24,654 bases of DNA from Candidatus Methylomirabilia bacterium (GTDB lineage: Bacteria; Methylomirabilota; Methylomirabilia; Rokubacteriales; CSP1-6). Shown piece after piece: positions 8,347-15,485 of this stretch; positions within the stretch are counted from its first letter, which is position 1, and the number at the start of each line of letters is the position of its first letter. The position numbers and the translations under genes are program-made. The stretch covers positions 1-24,654 of the forward strand of contig JBGQHJ010000069.1 of assembly GCA_041497895.1 (NCBI GenBank). The letters are read 5' to 3'. The notes beneath the pieces were generated by a model. That model searched no databases. It was given only the letters and a program-made list of their open reading frames with translations, and had not been told where the DNA came from.

Positions 8347-8473
8347 CCGGCCGCTGATAAAGGCCCATCTGCGGGAGTGCGGCGCCCTCGGGTGCGCGCT
8401 CAACGTACAGTGAGTACGCCTCGCGTGCAGCCGAGGGCGCCGCCTCGCATCTGGACCTTTCTCAGCGGCCGGC
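8346..8473. mobile_element. MITE/REPIN-like 128-bp palindromic element between convergent genes
   Basis: Perfect 12-bp terminal inverted repeat GCCGGCCGCTGA/TCAGCGGCCGGC. A 13-bp perfect inner stem (8379-8391/8431-8443). Apical CGTAC-AGTGA-GTACG hairpin. Confidence 0.65.
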
Positions 8474-9763
8474 GGGCGCGTCGATGAGCAGGAGGTAGAG
8501 GTCGAGCAGGTTGGTGTTGGTGGGGCCGGTGACCACCAGGTCGCCGATGGCCGTGAGCAGCGGGTTCGAGTCGTTGCCGGCCAGGCTCGCCCGCGGATCG
8601 TGGCCGCGCTCGCGGGCCCGCGCGGCGCTGCCGCCGTCGACCACCGCCCCCGCCGCGTCGGTGGGCCCGTCGGTGCCGTCGGTCCCCGCGGCGAGCGCCA
8701 CCACGCCCTCCAGTCCCTCCAGCGCGAGCGCGGCGGCCAGGCCGAACTCCTGGCACCGGCCGCCGGTCCCGGTCCCGCGCACCGTGACGGTGGTCTCGCC
8801 ACCGGCGATCACGCAGGCCGGCGCGGCCACCGGTCCCCTGCCCTCGCGGATCTGCCGCGCGAGCGCCACCAGCCGGTCCGCGACCTCTCGCGCCTCGCCC
8901 TCGAGCGATCGGGTCAGGACGTGGGGCGTGAAGCCGAGCGCCCGGGCCCGGGCCGCCGCCGCGTCGACCACGAGAGCGTTGTTGCCGATGACGGTGTTGG
9001 TGACCCGACGGAAGACGGGATCGTCCGGTTTCGGCGTCTCCGGGATCTCGCCGCGGGCGCCGCGCTCGAGCCGGTCCACGATCGCCGCGGGTGAGCGGGC
9101 GAGCAGGTCGAAGCGGCGCAGGATCGCGAGCGCGTCCGCGAAGGTGGAGGCGTCGGGCGCGGTGGGGCCGGAGGCGATGACGTCGAGCGGATCGCCGATC
9201 ACGTCGGAGAGCAGCAGGGCGTGCACGCGGGCCGGCGCCGCGGCGCGCGCGAGCTGGCCGCCCTTGAGCAACGAGCAGTGCTTTCGCACCGCGTTCATCT
9301 GGTTGATGTTGGCGCCCGCGGCCAGCAGCAGGCGGGTCATGGCCTGCTTGTCGCCGAGCGTGATGGGGGGCACCGGCGCCGGAGTGAGGGCCGAGCCGCC
9401 GCCCGAGACCAGCACCAGGAGCAGGTCGTCGGCGCCGGCCGCCTCCGCGATCGCGCGGATCTCGCGCGCCGCCGCCTCGCCGCGGGCGTCGGGCACCGGG
9501 TGGCCCGCCTCCACGAGGCGGATGCGCCGGGTGGCGGCCCGGTAGCCGTCCTTGACCACGACCAGGCCGCCGGTGATCGCGTCGCCCAGCGCGGCCTCCG
9601 CCGCGGCGGCCATCGCGCCCGAGGCCTTGCCCGCGCCCACCACCCGCACGCGGCCCGGTCCGGCCGGACGCACATCGGCGAGGGCGCGGCGAACCAGCGG
9701 GTGGACGTCCGAGGCGGCGAGCGCGGCGTCGAAGACCGAGCGCGCCGCCTCGCGGAGGCTCAA
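8462..9763 (-). CDS. Glycerate 2-kinase (TtuD/GckA, DUF4147 + MOFRL)
   Basis: GAGKAS, EAGHPVPD, VSGGGSAL, NAVRKHCSLLKGGQLA, LSDVIGD...IASGPT, GGETTV, GTDGTDG and TGPTNTN motifs. TTG start overlaps the upstream TGA. Confidence 0.92.
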   Translation of the reverse strand: MSLREAARSVFDAALAASDVHPLVRRALADVRPAGPGRVRVVGAGKASGAMAAAAEAALGDAITGGLVVVKDGYRAATRRIRLVEAGHPVPDARGEAAAREIRAIAEAAGADDLLLVLVSGGGSALTPAPVPPITLGDKQAMTRLLLAAGANINQMNAVRKHCSLLKGGQLARAAAPARVHALLLSDVIGDPLDVIASGPTAPDASTFADALAILRRFDLLARSPAAIVDRLERGARGEIPETPKPDDPVFRRVTNTVIGNNALVVDAAAARARALGFTPHVLTRSLEGEAREVADRLVALARQIREGRGPVAAPACVIAGGETTVTVRGTGTGGRCQEFGLAAALALEGLEGVVALAAGTDGTDGPTDAAGAVVDGGSAARARERGHDPRASLAGNDSNPLLTAIGDLVVTGPTNTNLLDLYLLLIDAPAGR

Positions 9764-10923
9764 CGGGCGAGCTTCTGCAGCCGGCGCCCCGCCTCGATCA
9801 GCATGTCGTCCGTCTTCGGGAAGCAGAAGCGGATCTTGGTCCGGCCGAGCTCGCGGTGGGCGTAGAAGGACGAGCCCGGCACGGTGGCCACCCCGACCTC
9901 CCGGACCAGGTACAGCGCGAACTCGTGGTCGTCGCGGCAGCCGTAGCGCTCCAGGAAGTGCGCGGCCTCGGTGAGGATGTAGTAGGCCCCGCGCGGCTTG
10001 AAGGCGACGAAGCCCGCCTCCTCCACCTTTCCGAGCAGCAGGTCGCGGCGTGCCTGATAGCTCTCGCGGAGGTGCACGTAGTAGGAGTCGGGCAGGCCGA
10101 GCGCGGTGACCGCCGCCTCCTGGAGCGGGTGCGGCGCCCCGACCGTGATGAAGTCGTGGGCGCGGCGGATGCCGAGCGACAGTTCGGGGCTGGCCACCGC
10201 GTACCCGACGCGCCAGCCGGTCACCGAGTAGGACTTGGAGATGCCGGAGATGGTCACGGTGCGGTCGGCCATGCCGGGCAGGGTCGCGATCGGGGTGTGG
10301 CCGAGCCCGTCGAAGACGATGTGCTCGTAGATCTCGTCGGTGATGGCCAGGAGATCGTGCTTGAGGCAGAGATCCGCGATCACCTGCAGCTCGGCCCGCG
10401 AGAACACCTTGCCGGAGGGATTGTTGGGGCTGTTGAAGACCACGGCCCGGGTGCGCGAGGTGACCGCGCGCGCCAGGCGGTCCGGATCGAACGAGAAGTC
10501 GGGCGGCTCGAGCGGCACGAAGACCGGCTCGGCCCCCGCGATGATGCACCCGGGGCCGTAGTTCTCGTAGAAGGGCTCGAAGATGATGACCTCGTCGCCC
10601 GGGTTGAGCACCGCGAGCAGGGTGGCCAGCATGGTCTCGGTCGAGCCGCAGCAGACCGTGACGTGCCGGTCGGCCTCGATGTCCATGCGGTAGAACTTCC
10701 GGTACTTCTCCGCGATCGCCTGCCGGAGCCGCGGGGTGCCCCAGGTGATGGCGTACTGGTGGAAGTCGCCGTCGATGGCCCGGTGCGCGGCCTCCACCAG
10801 CTCGCGCGGCGGCGGGAAGTTCGGCATGCCCTGGGCCAGGTTGATGCCGTCGTACTGGTTGTTGACCCGGGTCATCTCCCGGATCACCGACTCGGTGAAG
10901 CCCTGGACCCGCTTCGAGATCAT
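9760..10923 (-). CDS. PLP-dependent aminotransferase class I/II (YbdL/methionine aminotransferase-like)
   Basis: INLAQGMPNF, NSPNNPSGKVF, ITDEIYEH, SKSYSVTGWRVGY (PLP lysine) and IRFCFPK motifs. Confidence 0.93.
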   Translation of the reverse strand: MISKRVQGFTESVIREMTRVNNQYDGINLAQGMPNFPPPRELVEAAHRAIDGDFHQYAITWGTPRLRQAIAEKYRKFYRMDIEADRHVTVCCGSTETMLATLLAVLNPGDEVIIFEPFYENYGPGCIIAGAEPVFVPLEPPDFSFDPDRLARAVTSRTRAVVFNSPNNPSGKVFSRAELQVIADLCLKHDLLAITDEIYEHIVFDGLGHTPIATLPGMADRTVTISGISKSYSVTGWRVGYAVASPELSLGIRRAHDFITVGAPHPLQEAAVTALGLPDSYYVHLRESYQARRDLLLGKVEEAGFVAFKPRGAYYILTEAAHFLERYGCRDDHEFALYLVREVGVATVPGSSFYAHRELGRTKIRFCFPKTDDMLIEAGRRLQKLAR

Positions 10924-10950
10924 GGAGCCGAGGAGGCGTACCGGGGGCGG

Positions 10951-11229
10951 CTAACGCCCGCCCGCGATGGCCGGGACGATGGAGACCTCGTCGCCCTGCT
11001 TGAGCGACGTGGTCGCGCCCTGCAGGAACCGGATGTCTTCCTGGTTGATGTAGATGTTGATGAAGCGGCGTAGCTGCCCACCGTCCTCCACCAGGCGCTC
11101 CTTGAGGCCGGGAAACTGGCGCTCCAGCACCTCGATGAGATCGGTGACGGTGGCGGCGTCGGCCTGGACCTCGGCCGCGCCCTTGGTGAGGGTGCGCAGC
11201 GGGGTCGGGATGCGAACGAGAACGGCCAT
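10951..11229 (-). CDS. MoaD/ThiS/CysO-family ubiquitin-like sulfur carrier protein
   Basis: VRIPTPLR and LRRFINIYINQEDIRFLQG motifs. C-terminus DEVSIVPAIAGGR. GAGGAG RBS. Confidence 0.93.
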   Translation of the reverse strand: MAVLVRIPTPLRTLTKGAAEVQADAATVTDLIEVLERQFPGLKERLVEDGGQLRRFINIYINQEDIRFLQGATTSLKQGDEVSIVPAIAGGR

Positions 11230-11250
11230 GGAGATCTCCTCGATGCGGCG

Positions 11251-12507
11251 CTACGCCACGGTCCTGGATTTGAGATCGGCCAGCGCCCGGTCGAAGGCCT
11301 GGAGCGAGGGCCGGATGGAGACGCCGCCGCCGAGCCGGTCGTGCAGCACGTCGGGCGTCTTGAGCCCGTTGCCGGTGACGCACATGACGATCGGCTCGTC
11401 ACGGGGGATGCGGCCCGCCTCGATGAGCTTGCGGGTGGCCGCCACCGTCACCCCGCCCGCGGTCTCCGCGAAGATGCCCTCGGTGCGCGCGAGCAGGCGC
11501 ATGCCGTCGATGATCTCCTCGTCGGTGGCGTGCTCGCCGTGGCCGCCCGAGTCCTTGACCGCGCGGTAGGCGTAGTAGCCGTCGGCCGGGTTGCCGATGG
11601 CGAGCGACTTGGCGATGGTCTGCGGGCGCACCGGCTCGAGCACGTCGGTGTCCTTCTTGATCATGGTGACGATGGGCCCGCAGCCGGCCGCCTGCGCCGC
11701 GTACACGCTCGTGCGGCGCTCCGGGATGAGATCGAGCCGCGCCATCTCCTGGAAGGCCTTGGCGATCTTGGTGAGCAGCGAGCCGCCCGCGCAGGGCACC
11801 ACCACGTGGGCGGGCGCGCGCCAGCCGAGCTGCTCGGCGATCTCGTAGCCCATCGTCTTCGAGCCCTCCGCGTAGTAGGGACGGAGGTTGATGTTGACGA
11901 AGGCCCAGTGGTACTTGTCGCCGATCTCGGCGCAGAGGCGGTTGACGTCGTCGTAGGTCCCCTGCACCTCCACCAGGGTCGGGGCGAAGACGAGCGTCCC
12001 GATCACCTTGCCCGACTCGAGATCGGTGGGGATGAAGACGTAGGACGAAAGCCGCGCCTCCGCCGCGTGGGCCGCCACCGAGTTCGCGAGGTTGCCGGTC
12101 GAGGCGCACGCCACCGTGTCGAAGCCGAACTCCCGCGCCTTGGCAACCGCGACCGCCACCACCCGGTCCTTGAAGGAGCACGTCGGGTGGCAGACCGCGT
12201 CGTTCTTGACGTAGAGCTCGCGCACGCCCCACTCGCGGGCCAGGTTGCGCGCCCGCACCAGCGGGGTGAAGCCCACGTGGGGCCCGATCGGCGGCTCGCC
12301 GTCGGGCACCTCGAGCGGCAGCAGGTCGGCGTAGCGCCAGATCGACGGAGGGCCCGCCTCGATGCGCGCGCGACTCACTCGCGCGCGGATCGCCGCGTAG
12401 TCGTAGTCGACCTCGAGGGGACCGAAGCAGAACTCGCAGACGTGAACCGGGGAGGAGGGGTAGCCGCGGCCACACTCCCGGCACTTCAAGCCCTTCACTC
12501 TGTCCAT
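11251..12507 (-). CDS. thrC: Threonine synthase-like fold-type II PLP enzyme (MoaD-associated subfamily)
   Basis: N-terminal CRECG...CEFC zinc ribbon, PTCSFKDR (PLP lysine), CASTGNLA, EGSKT, SLAIGNP and TGNGLK motifs. ATG 12507 with GGAGAGG RBS. Confidence 0.85.
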   Translation of the reverse strand: MDRVKGLKCRECGRGYPSSPVHVCEFCFGPLEVDYDYAAIRARVSRARIEAGPPSIWRYADLLPLEVPDGEPPIGPHVGFTPLVRARNLAREWGVRELYVKNDAVCHPTCSFKDRVVAVAVAKAREFGFDTVACASTGNLANSVAAHAAEARLSSYVFIPTDLESGKVIGTLVFAPTLVEVQGTYDDVNRLCAEIGDKYHWAFVNINLRPYYAEGSKTMGYEIAEQLGWRAPAHVVVPCAGGSLLTKIAKAFQEMARLDLIPERRTSVYAAQAAGCGPIVTMIKKDTDVLEPVRPQTIAKSLAIGNPADGYYAYRAVKDSGGHGEHATDEEIIDGMRLLARTEGIFAETAGGVTVAATRKLIEAGRIPRDEPIVMCVTGNGLKTPDVLHDRLGGGVSIRPSLQAFDRALADLKSRTVA

Positions 12508-12509
12508 GG

Positions 12510-12595
12510 CCTCTCCATCGGTAGGGGATTTGAGCCCCGGAATTAGCTGCACGGTCCGGGTTGGCCTCGTCCGGACCACCGATCCAGCCACAACG
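12510..12595 (-). ncRNA. Candidate cis-regulatory structured leader (SAM-I-variant-like riboswitch)
   Basis: Helices AUCGGU/ACCGAU, GGUCCGG/CCGGACC and GGGG/CCCC, plus possible pseudoknot UGGCUG/CAGCUA. Contains SAM-I-like words CAACC, GUGC, GCUAAUUCC and GAUG. Confidence 0.45.
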
Positions 12596-12604
12596 ATTTC
12601 GTTT

Positions 12605-12633
12605 ACTTAACACTCCGCGACGCGGATTGTCAA
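12605..12633 (-). promoter_or_regulatory. Sigma70 promoter of the thrC-like operon overlapped by a 27-bp palindrome
   Basis: TTGACA (12633-12628), 17 nt, TTAAGT (12610-12605). Positions 12607-12633 form a dyad with 11 of 13 arm positions matching. Confidence 0.6.
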
Positions 12634-12657
12634 CGCGATGCCGTATCATCGCCCTCC

Positions 12658-14571
12658 GTGAGCCGCGCCTGGGTGCCGCCCGCGCTGCTGGGCGCCTACG
12701 CCATCGCCTTCGGGTGGCGGGCGATCGGCGGCGGCCTGCTCGTCTTCGACGACCACCCGGGGCAGTTCTACCGCCTCGCCCACGCGATCGTGGTGGGCCT
12801 GGCCCCGTGGCGTTTCGATCCGGGCTGGTGGGCCGGCTACGCGGAGCTGCAGTTCTACCCGCCCGGCTTCGCGTGGCTCGGCGCCCTGCTCTACCACGCG
12901 GCGGGCGGCGCGCTCTCCACCACGAGCGTCTACCAGGCGCTGCTCTGGCTCGCGTGGGTGCTCCCCGGCGTCGCCACCTATGCCTTGCTCCGGCGCTGCT
13001 CGGTCGATCCGTGGCTCGCGCTGCCCGGGGCCTTCGTGGCCCTCACGCTCTCCGCCGGCTGCCGGAGCGGCGTCGAGGAGGGCCTGCGCTGGGGGCTGGT
13101 CGGCGCGCGTCTCGGCTGGGGCGCGCTCCCCGTGCTCGGGCTCGTCCTGCTGCGGTGGGCGGACGGTGCGCCGAGCCCGCCGCTGGCCGCGTCGGCGCTC
13201 GTGGCGGCGGTGACGCTGCTCCACCCCGCGCACACGCCCACCGCGGTGGCGATGGTCCTGCTGGCCGCGACGAGCGGCGCGCCGCGCGGCCGGCGGCTCC
13301 TCCACGGGCTGGCGCTGGTGGCGCTCGGACTGGGCCTGGCCGCGGTGTGGCTGCTGCCGCTGCTCGCCCACCTGGACATGGCGCTGCCGCTCGCCTGGCA
13401 GGACCGCGCCCTGACCAGCCTGGGCTGGCGCGTGCTCTCGCAGCCGGTGCTGCCGGTGCTCGCCGTGCTCGCGCTCGTCGCGTGGCGCGCCCGCGGGTCG
13501 GACGACGCGCCCCGCGTCGGGCGGTGGCTGCTCGCGGTGGCCCCGGTCACCGCGGGTTTGGTGCTGCTCGACGCGCTCGTCGCGGAGCCGCTCGGGGCCG
13601 CGTGGCTGCCGGCCGACCGGCTGGTGGACGGGCTGCTCTGGGCGCTCGTGGTCGGCGGCGCCCTCGGCCTGACCGCGCTGGCCGCCCGCCTCGCGCGCCC
13701 CGCGGTGGTGGTGCCGCTCGCGCTCGCCGCGTGCGTGCCGCTGGCCTGGGGCCCGTACGAGCCGGGTCTCTCGCTGTGGTCGTGGGCCGGCCAGTGGCCG
13801 AAGGAGCACGAGGTGGTGCGCGGGCTCCGGCTCGACGCGCTGTGGACGGTGCTCGAGACGACGCCGCCCGGGCGCATCCTGTTCGTGCGCTCGGCGGTAT
13901 CTCTCGACTGGCGCCCGGAGTGGTGGCGGGCCCACACGCACATCACCGCGCTCACGCCGCTCCGGACCGGGCGCGCGATCCTGGGCGGGACGTTCACCCA
14001 TCCGTCGCCGGTGGCGGGTCTGCTCTACACGGGCTCCGCCGCCAACCGTCCCCTCACCCTGCTCGCCGAGCAGGGTGACGGGCAGACGCTCTTCGGCCGG
14101 CCGCTCGCGGCCCTCGATGCCGAGACGTTCGACGAGCGGGCGGCCCGCCTCGGGATCTCGACGGTGGTGGCGCAGGACGAGGACGTGGGCGTCGCCGCGT
14201 TCCTCGGCGGCAACGGCGCGCTCCGGCGCGCGGAGCGGATCGGCCCCTTCACCGTCTTCGTCTTCCGCGCTCCTCGCGACGAGCCCACCCCGATCGGCCC
14301 CCAGCGCTGGCGCATCGCGGCGCCGCCGGCCGCGGGCGGCTGGTCTCCGCTGGCGATCGCCTACTCTCCGCTCTGGGTGGCCCGGGCCGGCGGGGCGCGG
14401 ATCCCCGCGCGCCGCGACGCGCTGGGCCTGCTCGAGGTGAGCCCGCCGGCCGGGACCGCGGTCGTGGAGCTCGAGCATCGCCCGGGAGTGGCGGAATGGG
14501 CGGGAGCGGTGCTGAGCGCGCTGAGCGTGGCTGGGCTCGGGCTGGCCGGGCTCCGTCGGGCCCGGGCGTGA
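12658..14571 (+). CDS. Polytopic membrane protein, PTPS-related/YfhO-like (GT-C fold glycosyltransferase candidate)
   Basis: First TM followed by DDHPGQFYR and WWAGYAELQFYPPG. Many TM helices. YfhO-like C-terminus (YSPLWVA...LGLLEV..PAG...VELEH plus a TM helix). Confidence 0.7.
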   Translation: MSRAWVPPALLGAYAIAFGWRAIGGGLLVFDDHPGQFYRLAHAIVVGLAPWRFDPGWWAGYAELQFYPPGFAWLGALLYHAAGGALSTTSVYQALLWLAWVLPGVATYALLRRCSVDPWLALPGAFVALTLSAGCRSGVEEGLRWGLVGARLGWGALPVLGLVLLRWADGAPSPPLAASALVAAVTLLHPAHTPTAVAMVLLAATSGAPRGRRLLHGLALVALGLGLAAVWLLPLLAHLDMALPLAWQDRALTSLGWRVLSQPVLPVLAVLALVAWRARGSDDAPRVGRWLLAVAPVTAGLVLLDALVAEPLGAAWLPADRLVDGLLWALVVGGALGLTALAARLARPAVVVPLALAACVPLAWGPYEPGLSLWSWAGQWPKEHEVVRGLRLDALWTVLETTPPGRILFVRSAVSLDWRPEWWRAHTHITALTPLRTGRAILGGTFTHPSPVAGLLYTGSAANRPLTLLAEQGDGQTLFGRPLAALDAETFDERAARLGISTVVAQDEDVGVAAFLGGNGALRRAERIGPFTVFVFRAPRDEPTPIGPQRWRIAAPPAAGGWSPLAIAYSPLWVARAGGARIPARRDALGLLEVSPPAGTAVVELEHRPGVAEWAGAVLSALSVAGLGLAGLRRARA

Positions 14572-15458
14572 TTCGATCCGACCGCCTGGGAGGGGTGGCG
14601 GCGAGCATCCTCCTGCTCTGCTGCGTGGCCTGGGGATTCAACCAGGTCGCGATCAAGATCAGCCTCGCGGGGATCTCTCCGGTCATGGGCGCCGGGCTGC
14701 GCTCGATGGTAGCCGTGGTGCTGCTCTGGCTCTGGTGCCGGCTCCGCGGCGAGCCGATCTTCGTCCGCGACGGCACCGCGCGCTACGGTCTGCTCATCGG
14801 CCTCCTGTTCGCGACCGAGTTCCTCTTCATCTACGGCGGCCTCGCCTTCACGACCGCCTCGCGCAGCGTGATCTTCCTCTACTCCGCGCCGTTCTTCGTG
14901 GCGCTGGGCGCCCACTGGTTCATCCCGGGCGAGCGGCTGACCGGTGCCAAGGTGGCCGGCCTGGTGGTCGCGTTCGTGGGCCTCTGCCTGGCCTTCGCCG
15001 ACGGGCTCTACCTGCCCTCCGGGCGCGAGCTCGTGGGTGACGCCCTCGAGCTGATCGGCGGGGTGCTCTGGGGCGCCACCACCGTGGTCGTCAAGATGGG
15101 GCGCGGCGGCGTGCGGCTCACCCCGCAACGCACGCTCTTCTACCAGCTCACCATCTCCTCGGTGGTGCTGATCGGCCTCGCGGCGGCGCTGGGCGAGGCG
15201 GGCATCACGCGGGCCACCCCCCTCGTGCTGGCCGCGCTCGCGTACCAGGCGGTGATCGTCGCGTTCGTCTCCTACCTCGCCTGGTTCTGGCTGCTCGAGC
15301 ACTACCCGGCGTCCGGCCTCGCGTCCTTCGCGTTCTGGACGCCCCTCTTCGGGGTGCTCGCGGGCTGGCTCGTGCTCGGGGAGCGGCTCAGCGGCCAGCT
15401 GGGTGGGGCGGCCGCGCTGGTCGCGGTGGGGATCTACCTGGTCAACCGGCGCGGCTGA
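14568..15458 (+). CDS. DMT/EamA family transporter
   Basis: WGFNQVAIK, FLYSAPFFVALGAHWFIPGERL and FWTPLFGVLAGWLVLGERL motifs. About 10 TM helices. GTGA overlap with the upstream stop. Confidence 0.92.
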   Translation: MIRSDRLGGVAASILLLCCVAWGFNQVAIKISLAGISPVMGAGLRSMVAVVLLWLWCRLRGEPIFVRDGTARYGLLIGLLFATEFLFIYGGLAFTTASRSVIFLYSAPFFVALGAHWFIPGERLTGAKVAGLVVAFVGLCLAFADGLYLPSGRELVGDALELIGGVLWGATTVVVKMGRGGVRLTPQRTLFYQLTISSVVLIGLAAALGEAGITRATPLVLAALAYQAVIVAFVSYLAWFWLLEHYPASGLASFAFWTPLFGVLAGWLVLGERLSGQLGGAAALVAVGIYLVNRRG

Positions 15459-15485
15459 GCGGCCGCGGCCTCGCTCGGCGCCGGC

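Noticed and set aside
9764..11383. 973-aa ORF 8462..11383 suggesting a large fusion with glycerate kinase
   Set aside because: The N-terminal ~540 aa are Arg/Pro/Gly-rich off-frame translation overlapping the aminotransferase and carrier genes. The real start is TTG 9763.
12510..12595. Calling the leader a canonical SAM-I, SAM-II or SAH riboswitch
   Set aside because: The SAM-I 5' core and kink-turn are missing, and the SAM-II and SAH consensus elements are not in the right order. Kept only as a variant candidate.
15446..15485. GC hairpin between convergent eamA and phoD
   Set aside because: Imperfect, has no U-tract and is expected by chance at this GC content.
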